Positions 1-8,601 of a DNA stretch of 54,511 nt are shown here, piece after piece. The notes under the pieces are model-generated. The model did no database searches and had not been told where the DNA came from. It was given only the letters and a program-made list of their open reading frames with translations. The position numbers and the translations under genes are program-made. The stretch's first letter is position 1. Every line of letters begins with the position of its first letter. The stretch comes from Verrucomicrobiales bacterium. Lineage in GTDB: Bacteria; Verrucomicrobiota; Verrucomicrobiia; Verrucomicrobiales; SLCJ01. Location: positions 1 through 54,511 of the forward strand of contig JBJTQJ010000105.1 in NCBI GenBank assembly GCA_046075565.1, in the 5' to 3' direction.

Positions 1-24
1 AACCATCGGAATCCGGAGGACCCG

Positions 25-2556
25 GTGGGCTCCCTCGGGGGACCATGGCTCGCGGCTTTGGTTTTTGCCTCGGGATTAGCCGGATTGGTCTACCAACTGC
101 TGTGGATGAAGCAGCTTGGGCTTCTCTTCGGGAGCACATCGCAAGCGGCAGCCGTGACGCTAGCCGCATTTTTCGCGGGCCTCGGTGCAGGAAGCTGGTG
201 GTGGGGGAAACGGGTGTCCGGGGTCGCCAGGCCGCTCCGGTTGTATGCCTGGCTCGAATTCGGGATTGCCATCTCGGCATTGACTTATTTCGGGGTTTTG
301 AAGGCATTTCACCAGCTCTATCCGGTTCTTTACGGGGCAGTCCATGGGGCCGCATGGCTGCTGGCGGCGAAATTCCTGCTGGCCTTGGTATTGGTCTTTC
401 CAGCCGCGTTTTTTATGGGTGGAACGGTGCCGGCCATCGGACAAATCGCCGTCCGCGCCCCCGAACACCTCGGGCGCACCGGGGCCATGCTGTATGGGGT
501 GAACACACTCGGCGCGGCCTGCGGCGTGGCAATCGCCGCCTTTGTGGCCATCCCTACCTGGGGGTTTTCGAGAACCTATGCCTTGGCCCTTCTGCTTTCG
601 ATGGTAGTAGGCCTCGTCGCCTGGCGATGGTCCGGACCGACCTCTATTCCTCCCTCCGCCGTTTTGGCTAACAAGGTGGAGGAAACGAGCGAACCGGATT
701 CGGCACGGGAACGATGGGCGGTCTCGGCCCTTTCCTTCTTCTCCGGTTTCGTGATCCTCGCCCTCGAAGTGGTGTGGACCCGCATCTTCGCCCAGGTTCA
801 TGAAAACTCCGTCTATTCTTACGCCATCATCCTCATCATCGTGCTCATCGGATTGGCTGTCGGTGCGGGGATAAGTTCGGCGGTTTCCCGATTTGTTCGC
901 CAGCCATGGGTTGCGCTCGGAGTGATGGCCACCGTGGGCGGCGGTTTGCTGGTTCTCGGACCCGGATTGTTGATGCGGGTGACCGACGGACTGAAGCCGG
1001 TCGATTCCTTGGAATCCTGGGGGGATTATGTGCGCGGACTCTTTCAAACCGGATTTGGTGGACTCGGGATTGTTGTCATCGGCATGGGCACGGTATTTCC
1101 CTTTCTCATGAAACTGGCGGAACTAGGCGGCGCCGCGCCCGGTTGGAAGCTCGGGCGCTTGCTCGCGGTGAACACCGCCGGGGCAATTGTCGGAGCTTTG
1201 CTCTGCGGATTTGTCTTGCTCCCGGTATGGGGCATGTGGGCCACGCTGCGCGCTTTGGCGGTCATTTACCTGGTTGTCGTAATGTTGCTGCCCACGGGAA
1301 AGGGAGGTTTGGCCATCGGATGCCGGGTATTCGGATTGATTCTTATCGCCTTGGCTTTCACCGCTCTCAATCCGACAGGATATCCAGTTGCCGGAAGCGC
1401 CCGGAAAATGGATGATGGTCAACTCTTGCAGGCATGGGAGGGAAGCGACGGCACCGTGACGGTGATAGCCCGGCCGAATGGACATCGCGTGATCAAGGTC
1501 AATGGCGGTTATGGATTGGGCTCCACCGAGGTCTACCTCGAGCAGACCTATCAAGCGACGATCCCCCTGCACTTGTTTCCAGAAACCAAAACGGTTTTTT
1601 TCCTCGGTCTGGGCACGGGCATTTCCGCCGGAGCCGCGCTGGATCCGCGTTTTCCTAACATCCAGAGGGTGCTGAGCTGCGAGGTGATCCCGGAAGTTGT
1701 GGACGCTGCTAGAACATGGATACCGCCGGAAATGCTTGGTGGATTGTTCACGGATCCACGCTCGACCATTGTGATCGAAGACGGACGGCATCTTTTACAG
1801 GCATCTGGTGAGCGGTTTGACATGATCAACGCTGACCTTTTTGTTCCCTTCCACCGGGGTGCGGGCAGTCTTTACAGTCTGGAGCATTTCCGCAGTGCGG
1901 CCGCGCGTCTGAATGAAGGGGGAGTTTTTGTGCAATGGCTGCCCATGTATCAGCTCACCGAATTCGAATTTGGCGTGATTGCACGGACCATGCTGGAAGT
2001 CTTCGGAGAAGTGACGATGTGGCGGAACAACTTCCAGCCCGGCTTGGAAAAGGTGGCGCTGATCGGGCGGCTCGTGTCTTCGCCGGTGGTTGTTCCTCCC
2101 GCGGGCAAAAAGGATGCCATGCTCGCGGCCGTGAACGGGTTGGCATGGCAGGATACCAGCCCCGACATGTTCCGGGTCGCGGCATCATCCATGCCCTTTC
2201 TCTATGCGGGCAATCTCACGGCCTCCGCCGACCTGTTCCGAGGTTACCCATTGAACACCGACGACCATCCCGTGATCGAGTATCAAACCCCCATCACCTT
2301 CCGCAAAGTGGCGGAAAACGACAAGTTTATCTGGTGTGTCGGGCCCCGCTTGACGGCATGGATTGACCGGTTGCTGGCCGCTTGCCCTCCGGAAAAGGAC
2401 CCGGTTTGGGCCGGTCACCCCGCAGAAAGCCGGCATCTCGTGCTTGCGGGCGCGTCTTTTCATCGCACCATGGTGACCAAGGCGCTGGGCGAGTCCGACA
2501 AACTCGACGCGGAATGGGATTTTTTCCTGCGCGAGTGGAGACTCGGCGCGAGGTAA
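25..2556 (+). CDS. Fused membrane (MFS-like)/spermidine synthase-like SAM-dependent protein
   Basis: 843-aa ORF; two repeats of hydrophobic helices (GLVYQLLW / LALEVVW; LYGVNTLGA / LLAVNTAGA) followed by a SAM-binding domain (FFLGLGTG, CEVIPEV, IEDGR, DMINADLF). Confidence 0.85.
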   Translation: MGSLGGPWLAALVFASGLAGLVYQLLWMKQLGLLFGSTSQAAAVTLAAFFAGLGAGSWWWGKRVSGVARPLRLYAWLEFGIAISALTYFGVLKAFHQLYPVLYGAVHGAAWLLAAKFLLALVLVFPAAFFMGGTVPAIGQIAVRAPEHLGRTGAMLYGVNTLGAACGVAIAAFVAIPTWGFSRTYALALLLSMVVGLVAWRWSGPTSIPPSAVLANKVEETSEPDSARERWAVSALSFFSGFVILALEVVWTRIFAQVHENSVYSYAIILIIVLIGLAVGAGISSAVSRFVRQPWVALGVMATVGGGLLVLGPGLLMRVTDGLKPVDSLESWGDYVRGLFQTGFGGLGIVVIGMGTVFPFLMKLAELGGAAPGWKLGRLLAVNTAGAIVGALLCGFVLLPVWGMWATLRALAVIYLVVVMLLPTGKGGLAIGCRVFGLILIALAFTALNPTGYPVAGSARKMDDGQLLQAWEGSDGTVTVIARPNGHRVIKVNGGYGLGSTEVYLEQTYQATIPLHLFPETKTVFFLGLGTGISAGAALDPRFPNIQRVLSCEVIPEVVDAARTWIPPEMLGGLFTDPRSTIVIEDGRHLLQASGERFDMINADLFVPFHRGAGSLYSLEHFRSAAARLNEGGVFVQWLPMYQLTEFEFGVIARTMLEVFGEVTMWRNNFQPGLEKVALIGRLVSSPVVVPPAGKKDAMLAAVNGLAWQDTSPDMFRVAASSMPFLYAGNLTASADLFRGYPLNTDDHPVIEYQTPITFRKVAENDKFIWCVGPRLTAWIDRLLAACPPEKDPVWAGHPAESRHLVLAGASFHRTMVTKALGESDKLDAEWDFFLREWRLGAR

Positions 2557-2581
2557 AATCCGCCCGGGATAATTTGTGGAC

Positions 2582-2608
2582 TTGACAATCATCAAAAAAA
2601 CTGATGAT
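2582..2608 (+). promoter_or_regulatory. TTGACA -35-like hexamer with adjacent ATCATCA-N7-TGATGAT inverted repeat upstream of glgC
   Basis: TTGACA at 2582-2587; 7-bp perfect inverted repeat at 2588-2594/2602-2608. Confidence 0.4.
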
Positions 2609-2619
2609 CGTGGCGTTGT

Positions 2620-3917
2620 ATGAACGAAGTGCTGGCAATTGTTTTGGCCGGTGGCAAAGGAGACAGGTTGCAGCCATTGACCCTCGACCGTTCGAAACCG
2701 GCGGTTCCCTTCGGGGGAATTTACCGCATCATCGATGCCACTCTGAGCAATTGCGTTCACTCGAAGATCTACCGCATCATGGTGTGCCCTCAATACCGGA
2801 GCCAGTCGCTCGTTGATCACTTGGAAGGCGGTTGGAACATCTGCAACATCGGCCTGGGCCACTTTCTGAAGATCGTCCACCCGCGGATGAGCGCGCATGA
2901 CGACTATTACCGGGGCACCGCCGATGCGGTGCGGCACAACCTCTTGATGATCCACCAGTATTACGCCGATCATGTGCTGGTGCTTTCCGCCGACCATATC
3001 TACCGCATGGATTACCGATTGTTCGAGCGGTTTCACATGGAAGCGGACGCGGATGCCACGATTGCGGTCCGCGAGATTCCGGTCGCGGATGCGAGTCGAT
3101 TCGGTGTGTTATCGGCGGACGAAAATTGGCGCGTGACAGGATTCGAGGAAAAGCCGCTCCATCCGGTGGCTCTGCCCGGGCAACCCGACAAGGCCCTGAT
3201 CTCCATGGGCATCTGCATGTCACAAGGGAATTCCTGATTGGGCTTCTGGAGCAGGTGGAGGGGGATGACTTCGGGAAGCATATTCTCCCCCGGGCCATTC
3301 GTTCCGCGAGGGTTTATGCCTATCCATTCTCCCGCAACCGCATCCGGGACTACCGCTGGAGTCCCGACGCCGATGGGGTCTTGCATAAAACCCTGGTGGA
3401 TAACATCTGTGATGCCCACTATTGGAAAGACGTCGGCGACCTCGATTGCTATTGGCAGGCCAACATGGATTTGACCGGGGTCACGCCGAACTTCAGCCTC
3501 TACGGGGCGTTGTGGCCGCTGCGCACCTACCAACGGCAATTCCCTCCCGTGAAAACCGTTTTCAATCATCCATCCGAAAACCGCGTGGGCAGCATCCTCG
3601 ACTCGATCGTCTCACCGGGTTGCATCATCAGCGGCGGCACCGTGTTGCGTTCTGTCCTTTCGTATGACGTGAGGGTGAATAGCTGGGCTCATGTGGAGGA
3701 GAGTGTGATCTTTTCCCACGTGGAAATCGGACGTCACTGCCGCATCCGCCGGGCCATCATCGACAAACACAACCGGATTCCCGCCGGGACGGAAATCGGC
3801 GTGAACCCGGAGGAAGATGCCAAACGATTTCCCGTGACACCCGGCGGCATCACCATCATTCCAAAGAGGTTTTTCCCGCCCAGTGTTGAGGAGGGTATGG
3901 ACTTTTGCGCGGACTGA
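2620..3917 (+). pseudogene. glgC: Glucose-1-phosphate adenylyltransferase, frameshifted near 3220
   Basis: N-part (LAGGKGDRLQPLT, KPAVPFGG, GTADAV, FEEKP, ISMGI) in ORF 2620-3237; C-part (DFGKHILP, YWKDVG, SIVSPGCII, RAIIDK) in another frame to 3917. Confidence 0.85.
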
Positions 3918-3952
3918 TCAGGCAGGCTGGCAAGGAAGCCGGGATATCTCTT

Positions 3953-4801
3953 TCACCATGGCTTCGATGTCGTGAGACGCGAGAGAAACTCCCGTCTGTG
4001 GCTAGCGCGGGCGAGAGTGGCGTCCACGCTTTCGTTCTCGTAAGCCGACATCTCGATGACCAATCCGCCATGAAAGTGATGACACCGCAATTCGGAAACC
4101 AGCCACGGCCAATTGATGCCACCTTCGCCCGGAATGAGATGGGCGTCCCGGTCCCCATGGTTGTCGTTGATATGGATCATCCTCAGGTGTTCGGAAAGCT
4201 TCTGGATGACAAGATCGAGTTCTCCCGCCAGATGGGCATGGCCGGTATCGAGACATGTGCCAACCTCGCAGCTTTTGATTTCGCCCAAAAGATACAACAT
4301 GTCGCTCACACGGCCGAAGAGCAGGTGCGCGAGCATGTTTTCCAGAAGCAAGCGGATGCCAAGCTGACAGCAGCGCGCCGCCACCCGGTTCAGGGATTCG
4401 GCGGCATGATGCATGTGCTCGACAAATTCAGCCTCCGGCGGGCGGCCCTCGCGCTCGGGTCCGGGATGCAGCACGACGTAACCGCATCCCAACCGGGCGG
4501 CGGACCCGCAGGCGAGGATCAATTCCGCCACCGAAGCCTCCCGAACGGTTGCGTCAAAAGCCGTGATATCGATGTGCGCGGCAAAGGGAGCATGGAAAGA
4601 AACCGGCGCGATATCCAGTTCTCGCAGCCTCCGGGCCGCCAAATCGACCGCCGAAGCATCATGGTAGTCGAGATGCGCGGGGAAAGAGCAGACCTCGATC
4701 TGCCGGAAACCGGCATTGCTGACATTGGCAAGGATTTCCAGAATCGGACGCTGGTAGAAGCATCCGGTCGAGAGAGCGATGGGCCATTCGGATGAGTTCA
4801 T
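3953..4801 (-). CDS. Xylose isomerase-like/AP endonuclease 2 TIM-barrel metalloenzyme
   Basis: Motifs SFHAPF, VLHPG, LLENM, CLDTGHA, IHINDN..DAH, VIE; start ATG at 4801 overlaps the stop of the upstream gene (ATGA). Confidence 0.85.
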   Translation of the reverse strand: MNSSEWPIALSTGCFYQRPILEILANVSNAGFRQIEVCSFPAHLDYHDASAVDLAARRLRELDIAPVSFHAPFAAHIDITAFDATVREASVAELILACGSAARLGCGYVVLHPGPEREGRPPEAEFVEHMHHAAESLNRVAARCCQLGIRLLLENMLAHLLFGRVSDMLYLLGEIKSCEVGTCLDTGHAHLAGELDLVIQKLSEHLRMIHINDNHGDRDAHLIPGEGGINWPWLVSELRCHHFHGGLVIEMSAYENESVDATLARASHRREFLSRLTTSKPW

Positions 4802-6198
4802 GATGGTAGTCGGTTGAGCAGGGTTGAACGGGATGCATCGAGGGAACACGCTCCCACGGGGCATCGAAGGCAGAAGCCTTTTTCCTGGGTGGATGTGCAA
4901 TTCATATCCATGAGACGATCCACGCCGGTCAGATGAAGCCCGGCGAAAAGACGGGTGTAGAAATCCGCGCGGGTCGCCGGTTCGTAGTCGCCCCAGTCCA
5001 CACCCCAGCCGAAAGTGGAATCCTCGAATTTCGAACGGATGAGTCCCGCCATGTGCCGCGGATGCCAATCCATCGCGATAAAACATCGGGTGACGAGCTG
5101 CATCCCGGCGGGCTTCAGAAGAAGGTCGTTTGGGAAGACAAGCAGATGGCGGGCGCAGGCGGGAAGCGTGCTCAAATCGGTCCGTGCGTAGGTGTCCGGC
5201 CATTTTTCCCTGGGATCATGCCGGGTGGCGTAATAGTCCTCGTGAAATCGCCTTAAGGGAGAAGCGAGATAGGCATCCAACAGATGACAGGTTCCCTGTT
5301 CTTGGCAGGGGCTCCGGACGCACGCCCGATGGGCAAGGTCCAGCACATCCGCGTCAACTTGGCGGAACTTGATGGCCTGCCGGACATCGATTTCATGAAG
5401 TGGAATCGTGCGCATGGCGGGAATCTGGTCTTCGATTCCCAGATGGCGGATGAGGCCGCTTACCCACGGTTTGCGGTAGTTCGTGAAGGGCATGCGCGTC
5501 ATACGGGTGTGCAGGGGATCGCCGTATTCCGAGATGTCGATCGAGACCATCTCGCGTCTGGAGGTGGCACACGGTCCGACATGCACCGCGGTCACTTCCA
5601 CCGGGAGTTTGCAGAGGGGGGCGGCCAGTTGTTTGATGCGAACCGCGACGAATTCCGCGTGCAAGGCGATGGCGGCGAAAGTAGCCTGGTCGTTCGCCGT
5701 GATCACACCGGCGAGTTCGGGCGGAAGGCGATCAAGGCAGAGCTGCGTCAGTTCGGGGGCGGGCTCGAGGCCGCGGATCCGGGTGGCGATTTCCGATGTC
5801 CGGGCAATTCGCCAGATGAAATGATGGCCTTGTCCTTTTACCAGATGAAGCGGCCTGATTCCCCATCCCAGCAAGAGCGACTCGATGACATTCACCACCG
5901 GTTCCTGGAGATCAAAACAGCGCCAAGGATCGAGGTAGGCCTCGGCGGGAGAATCGAAATTCAGATACTCGATGTCAAGGTGCAGCAGGTAGGATTGCGT
6001 GTCGGCCAAAGAGCGGGCGATGTCCATGTTCCGATCCAGAAACCGATCCAGCGAGGCGGCTGGACGCAGTTCTCTCCTGTTGAAACGACAGGCATCGCTG
6101 TGGGTGAGATACACAGCTGTAGCCTCCTCCAGCGTCTCGCCGCCCATGAATTCAATAAGCCTCTGGCGCACGGAACGGTCGGAATGCAACGCGCACAT
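4798..6198 (-). CDS. Hypothetical protein; putative AEP primase-polymerase with PriL-like Cys-rich C-terminal domain
   Basis: 466-aa ORF; LLHLDIE, KGQGHH, SIDIS..RMTRMPFTNYRK; C-terminal LPAC ... NCTSTQEKGFCLRCPVGAC. Confidence 0.6.
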   Translation of the reverse strand: MCALHSDRSVRQRLIEFMGGETLEEATAVYLTHSDACRFNRRELRPAASLDRFLDRNMDIARSLADTQSYLLHLDIEYLNFDSPAEAYLDPWRCFDLQEPVVNVIESLLLGWGIRPLHLVKGQGHHFIWRIARTSEIATRIRGLEPAPELTQLCLDRLPPELAGVITANDQATFAAIALHAEFVAVRIKQLAAPLCKLPVEVTAVHVGPCATSRREMVSIDISEYGDPLHTRMTRMPFTNYRKPWVSGLIRHLGIEDQIPAMRTIPLHEIDVRQAIKFRQVDADVLDLAHRACVRSPCQEQGTCHLLDAYLASPLRRFHEDYYATRHDPREKWPDTYARTDLSTLPACARHLLVFPNDLLLKPAGMQLVTRCFIAMDWHPRHMAGLIRSKFEDSTFGWGVDWGDYEPATRADFYTRLFAGLHLTGVDRLMDMNCTSTQEKGFCLRCPVGACSLDASRSTLLNRLPS

Positions 6199-6531
6199 GG
6201 CTTCCCCAGACTATCGAATTCCGGGAAATCTGTAAAGATATATTCAGAGTTTTCCGTCCGGAAATGTCACCGGGGATGAATGAACACCACACGATTGCAA
6301 ACTCAGCCGTGATTCCCGCACCTATCGTGTCCCGGCTTCCCCGCTGGCATCGCCGACAGCCTGCCCGCCGGAGCCTCGGGCGAAGGTTGGGTCCTCGCCG
6401 TCATCACTTCCGGGTGATCACACAAGTTCGCCAAAAGGAATTGCCGCAAAAAGGCTCAGAATACGCAAAAAAGGAATCCCAAGAGAACAAGTAGAATCGG
6501 ACTTTTAGAAAACAGATAAAGAGCATATGGG

Positions 6532-6942
6532 CTACACAGCCGCCCGGAGCCCGCGCAGGGACACATGGATGGCGAGCAGTTGCCAGGCGAGGGCGGCCAA
6601 GGACAGAAGAAATCCTTCCATGTTGCCATCTTGAGCGGTCGTGGCTATGATGAAACTGGTGGCGATGGTCAACAATCCATTGTAAGCCATGGAGGTTTTC
6701 CACAGAGATGATGGGTCTTTCACATTCCCCTTCGCAATGCGCCAATAGGCGGCGCATAGAGCGTATCCAGGAACTGAGACGAATAGCGGTAGAATCAAAA
6801 AGGCCCCGACAATCCAGGGATAGCCGGCGAGGAGTCCGAGCAGGCTGGTCGAGATCGCCATGAATTTTGCCGCCTTGCGCGGACGATCGAGCCAGGGCTT
6901 TTCTTCGACAATCGTTTCCATAGAGGTGAGGAGGGTGGACAT
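6532..6942 (-). CDS. Small membrane protein (about 4 TM helices)
   Basis: 136-aa hydrophobic ORF downstream of a GbsR/MarR regulator on the same strand. Confidence 0.7.
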   Translation of the reverse strand: MSTLLTSMETIVEEKPWLDRPRKAAKFMAISTSLLGLLAGYPWIVGAFLILPLFVSVPGYALCAAYWRIAKGNVKDPSSLWKTSMAYNGLLTIATSFIIATTAQDGNMEGFLLSLAALAWQLLAIHVSLRGLRAAV

Positions 6943-6982
6943 ATTGGTGGGTAGGTTGGAGTTTATCTTTAGTGTTCCGAAG

Positions 6983-7000
6983 TTTCAGGAATTAGCGAAA
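6983..7000. promoter_or_regulatory. Candidate GbsR/MarR operator TTTCAGGAATTAGCGAAA
   Basis: Imperfect 18-bp palindrome sharing TTTCAGGA with the site at 7564-7581. Confidence 0.45.
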
Positions 7001-7029
7001 CATAGGGTCAAAAAAAAGGGGGGTGGGGG

Positions 7030-7560
7030 TTAGGAAAGGAATCGGGTGGCAAATTTGAGGATTCTGCTCTGCTCTGACCCGGCAATGCGCTCGAGGACCC
7101 TTTCCCCGGTTTGCATGAATTGGAGCAGTTCGGTCATTCGGCTATGAAACTCTTTGGCGCCCGGTCCGGCCAGGCCTTTGGTGTCGTCGGCACATTTGCG
7201 CAAAACTTCCATGGCGGGGGAAACCTCGCGGCGTTTCCGCTCCCGGGCGATGGTGCAGAAAATGCGCCAGACGTCCTTTTCGGCCTCGAAGTATTCCTTC
7301 CGTTCTCCCTTGCGGATGACCGAGCGCACTAGCCCCCAGCCGACCAGATCCCGGAGGTTGGTGTTGGCATTTCCCCGGGAAATCCGGAGTTCATCCATGA
7401 TCTCATCGGTGGAAAGGGAGCGGGGGGAAGTGAGAAGTAGGGCGTGGATTTGCGCCATGGTGCGATTGATCCCCCAGGCCGTACCCATGGCTCCCCATTG
7501 GGTCACAAACTCATCCCTTGCGCGGGCTAGGGCTTCAGGCGTTGGGCTTCCATCCTTCAC
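7030..7560 (-). CDS. GbsR/MarR family transcriptional regulator
   Basis: WGINRTMAQIHALLL, ISRGNANTNLRDLVGWGLV, GERKEYF, RERKRRE; GTG start. Confidence 0.9.
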   Translation of the reverse strand: MKDGSPTPEALARARDEFVTQWGAMGTAWGINRTMAQIHALLLTSPRSLSTDEIMDELRISRGNANTNLRDLVGWGLVRSVIRKGERKEYFEAEKDVWRIFCTIARERKRREVSPAMEVLRKCADDTKGLAGPGAKEFHSRMTELLQFMQTGERVLERIAGSEQSRILKFATRFLS

Positions 7561-7563
7561 GAT

Positions 7564-7581
7564 TTCCAGAATATCCTGAAA
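7564..7581. promoter_or_regulatory. Candidate autoregulatory operator (TTTCAGGATATTCTGGAA on minus strand)
   Basis: Imperfect 18-bp palindrome 4-21 bp upstream of the regulator start codon. Confidence 0.45.
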
Positions 7582-7630
7582 ATATCGGCACGCAAGCGGA
7601 AAATCACACGGAATGAAAATTGGCTGCGGA

Positions 7631-8527
7631 TCAGGGCAGAAGGCGGCTCTTGCGGACCATGGTGGTGTCGCCGTTCATCTGCATGATCTGACCTTCACCG
7701 GCGGCGATTTTCCCGCGGAGTGTCAGAATCATACTCATGCCCTCGCGGGTCGATGGTTTTTCCTTGGCAAGCGGGAAGAGTCCGTCGAGGGCGATTTTGA
7801 AAGTGGAACCGTCGAAGCTGGCATTCGGAGGCAATCCCTTCATTCCTTTCATCCCGAACTGGACCTCGCCTTGCAGAAGCGCGCTTGTGTTTTCTCCCTC
7901 GCCGGTCAGTTCCACGAATTTCATTTTTCCTTTCACGGTGGCGGGATCGAGCATGAACGGCATTTCCGGTGGCATGGTGGCCAGCAATTCTGCGGCATTC
8001 ACCTCCCATTCTTCGCCCGGCTTGCGCGGTTGGTCCACCCCGAAGGCCTTGTTCTCGTCGCCTTTGTCTTTTTCGTCGGCCGAAACGTCAATGAGCATAC
8101 CCAATACCTCGCTGGTCGATTCGTCCACTGCCTTACCATCGACGGTGAATCCTTCTTTTTCCCCGGCGACTTTGGCCACTGTCTTCACGACGGTGCCTGC
8201 CGGCAGCAGTTCACCCGTCTTCCCATCTTTGGTTAGAGAAGATTTATGGATTTCGATGGTGAGTTCGGAGGCGTCCCCTGACGCGTTCACTTTCTCGACG
8301 GTCTGGGTGACCTCCATTTGTGCTTTCCATTCTTCCTTGTCGTTCTGCACTTCCTGCTCCCCGGCGGTGACTTTCATGTTGGAGAGGGCTTCTCCTTCGA
8401 TGGCCATTTTCAGTTTATCCCCGACTTTCGAAGGCCGGTCCACGGGAATGATGAATCCCTCTTCAGCGGTCAGCAGGGTGGGGGAAAGGGCGAAAACGGA
8501 GGCGAGCAGCAGGGATGTCACTTTCAT
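7631..8527 (-). CDS. Secreted hypothetical protein
   Basis: Signal peptide MKVTSLLLASVFALSPTLLTA; 298 aa, beta-rich and acidic; start moved from 8629 to ATG at 8527. Confidence 0.75.
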   Translation of the reverse strand: MKVTSLLLASVFALSPTLLTAEEGFIIPVDRPSKVGDKLKMAIEGEALSNMKVTAGEQEVQNDKEEWKAQMEVTQTVEKVNASGDASELTIEIHKSSLTKDGKTGELLPAGTVVKTVAKVAGEKEGFTVDGKAVDESTSEVLGMLIDVSADEKDKGDENKAFGVDQPRKPGEEWEVNAAELLATMPPEMPFMLDPATVKGKMKFVELTGEGENTSALLQGEVQFGMKGMKGLPPNASFDGSTFKIALDGLFPLAKEKPSTREGMSMILTLRGKIAAGEGQIMQMNGDTTMVRKSRLLP

Positions 8528-8601
8528 CCCGGCAGATTGGCGATGCGGTGCCGGTTTGTCGAGCAAAGAATCGTGCGATACAGAGAATTTCGCCGATCCT
8601 G

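Noticed and set aside
3905-6279. Plus-strand ORFs 3905-4795 and 5284-6279
   Set aside because: Antisense shadows of motif-bearing minus-strand genes; no recognisable motifs
6264-6494. 76-aa plus-strand ORF
   Set aside because: No motif and atypical composition; cannot be supported as a gene
6973-6986. TGTTC half-site as a possible LexA box
   Set aside because: Second half is GTTTC, not GAACA; better explained by the GbsR-type palindrome
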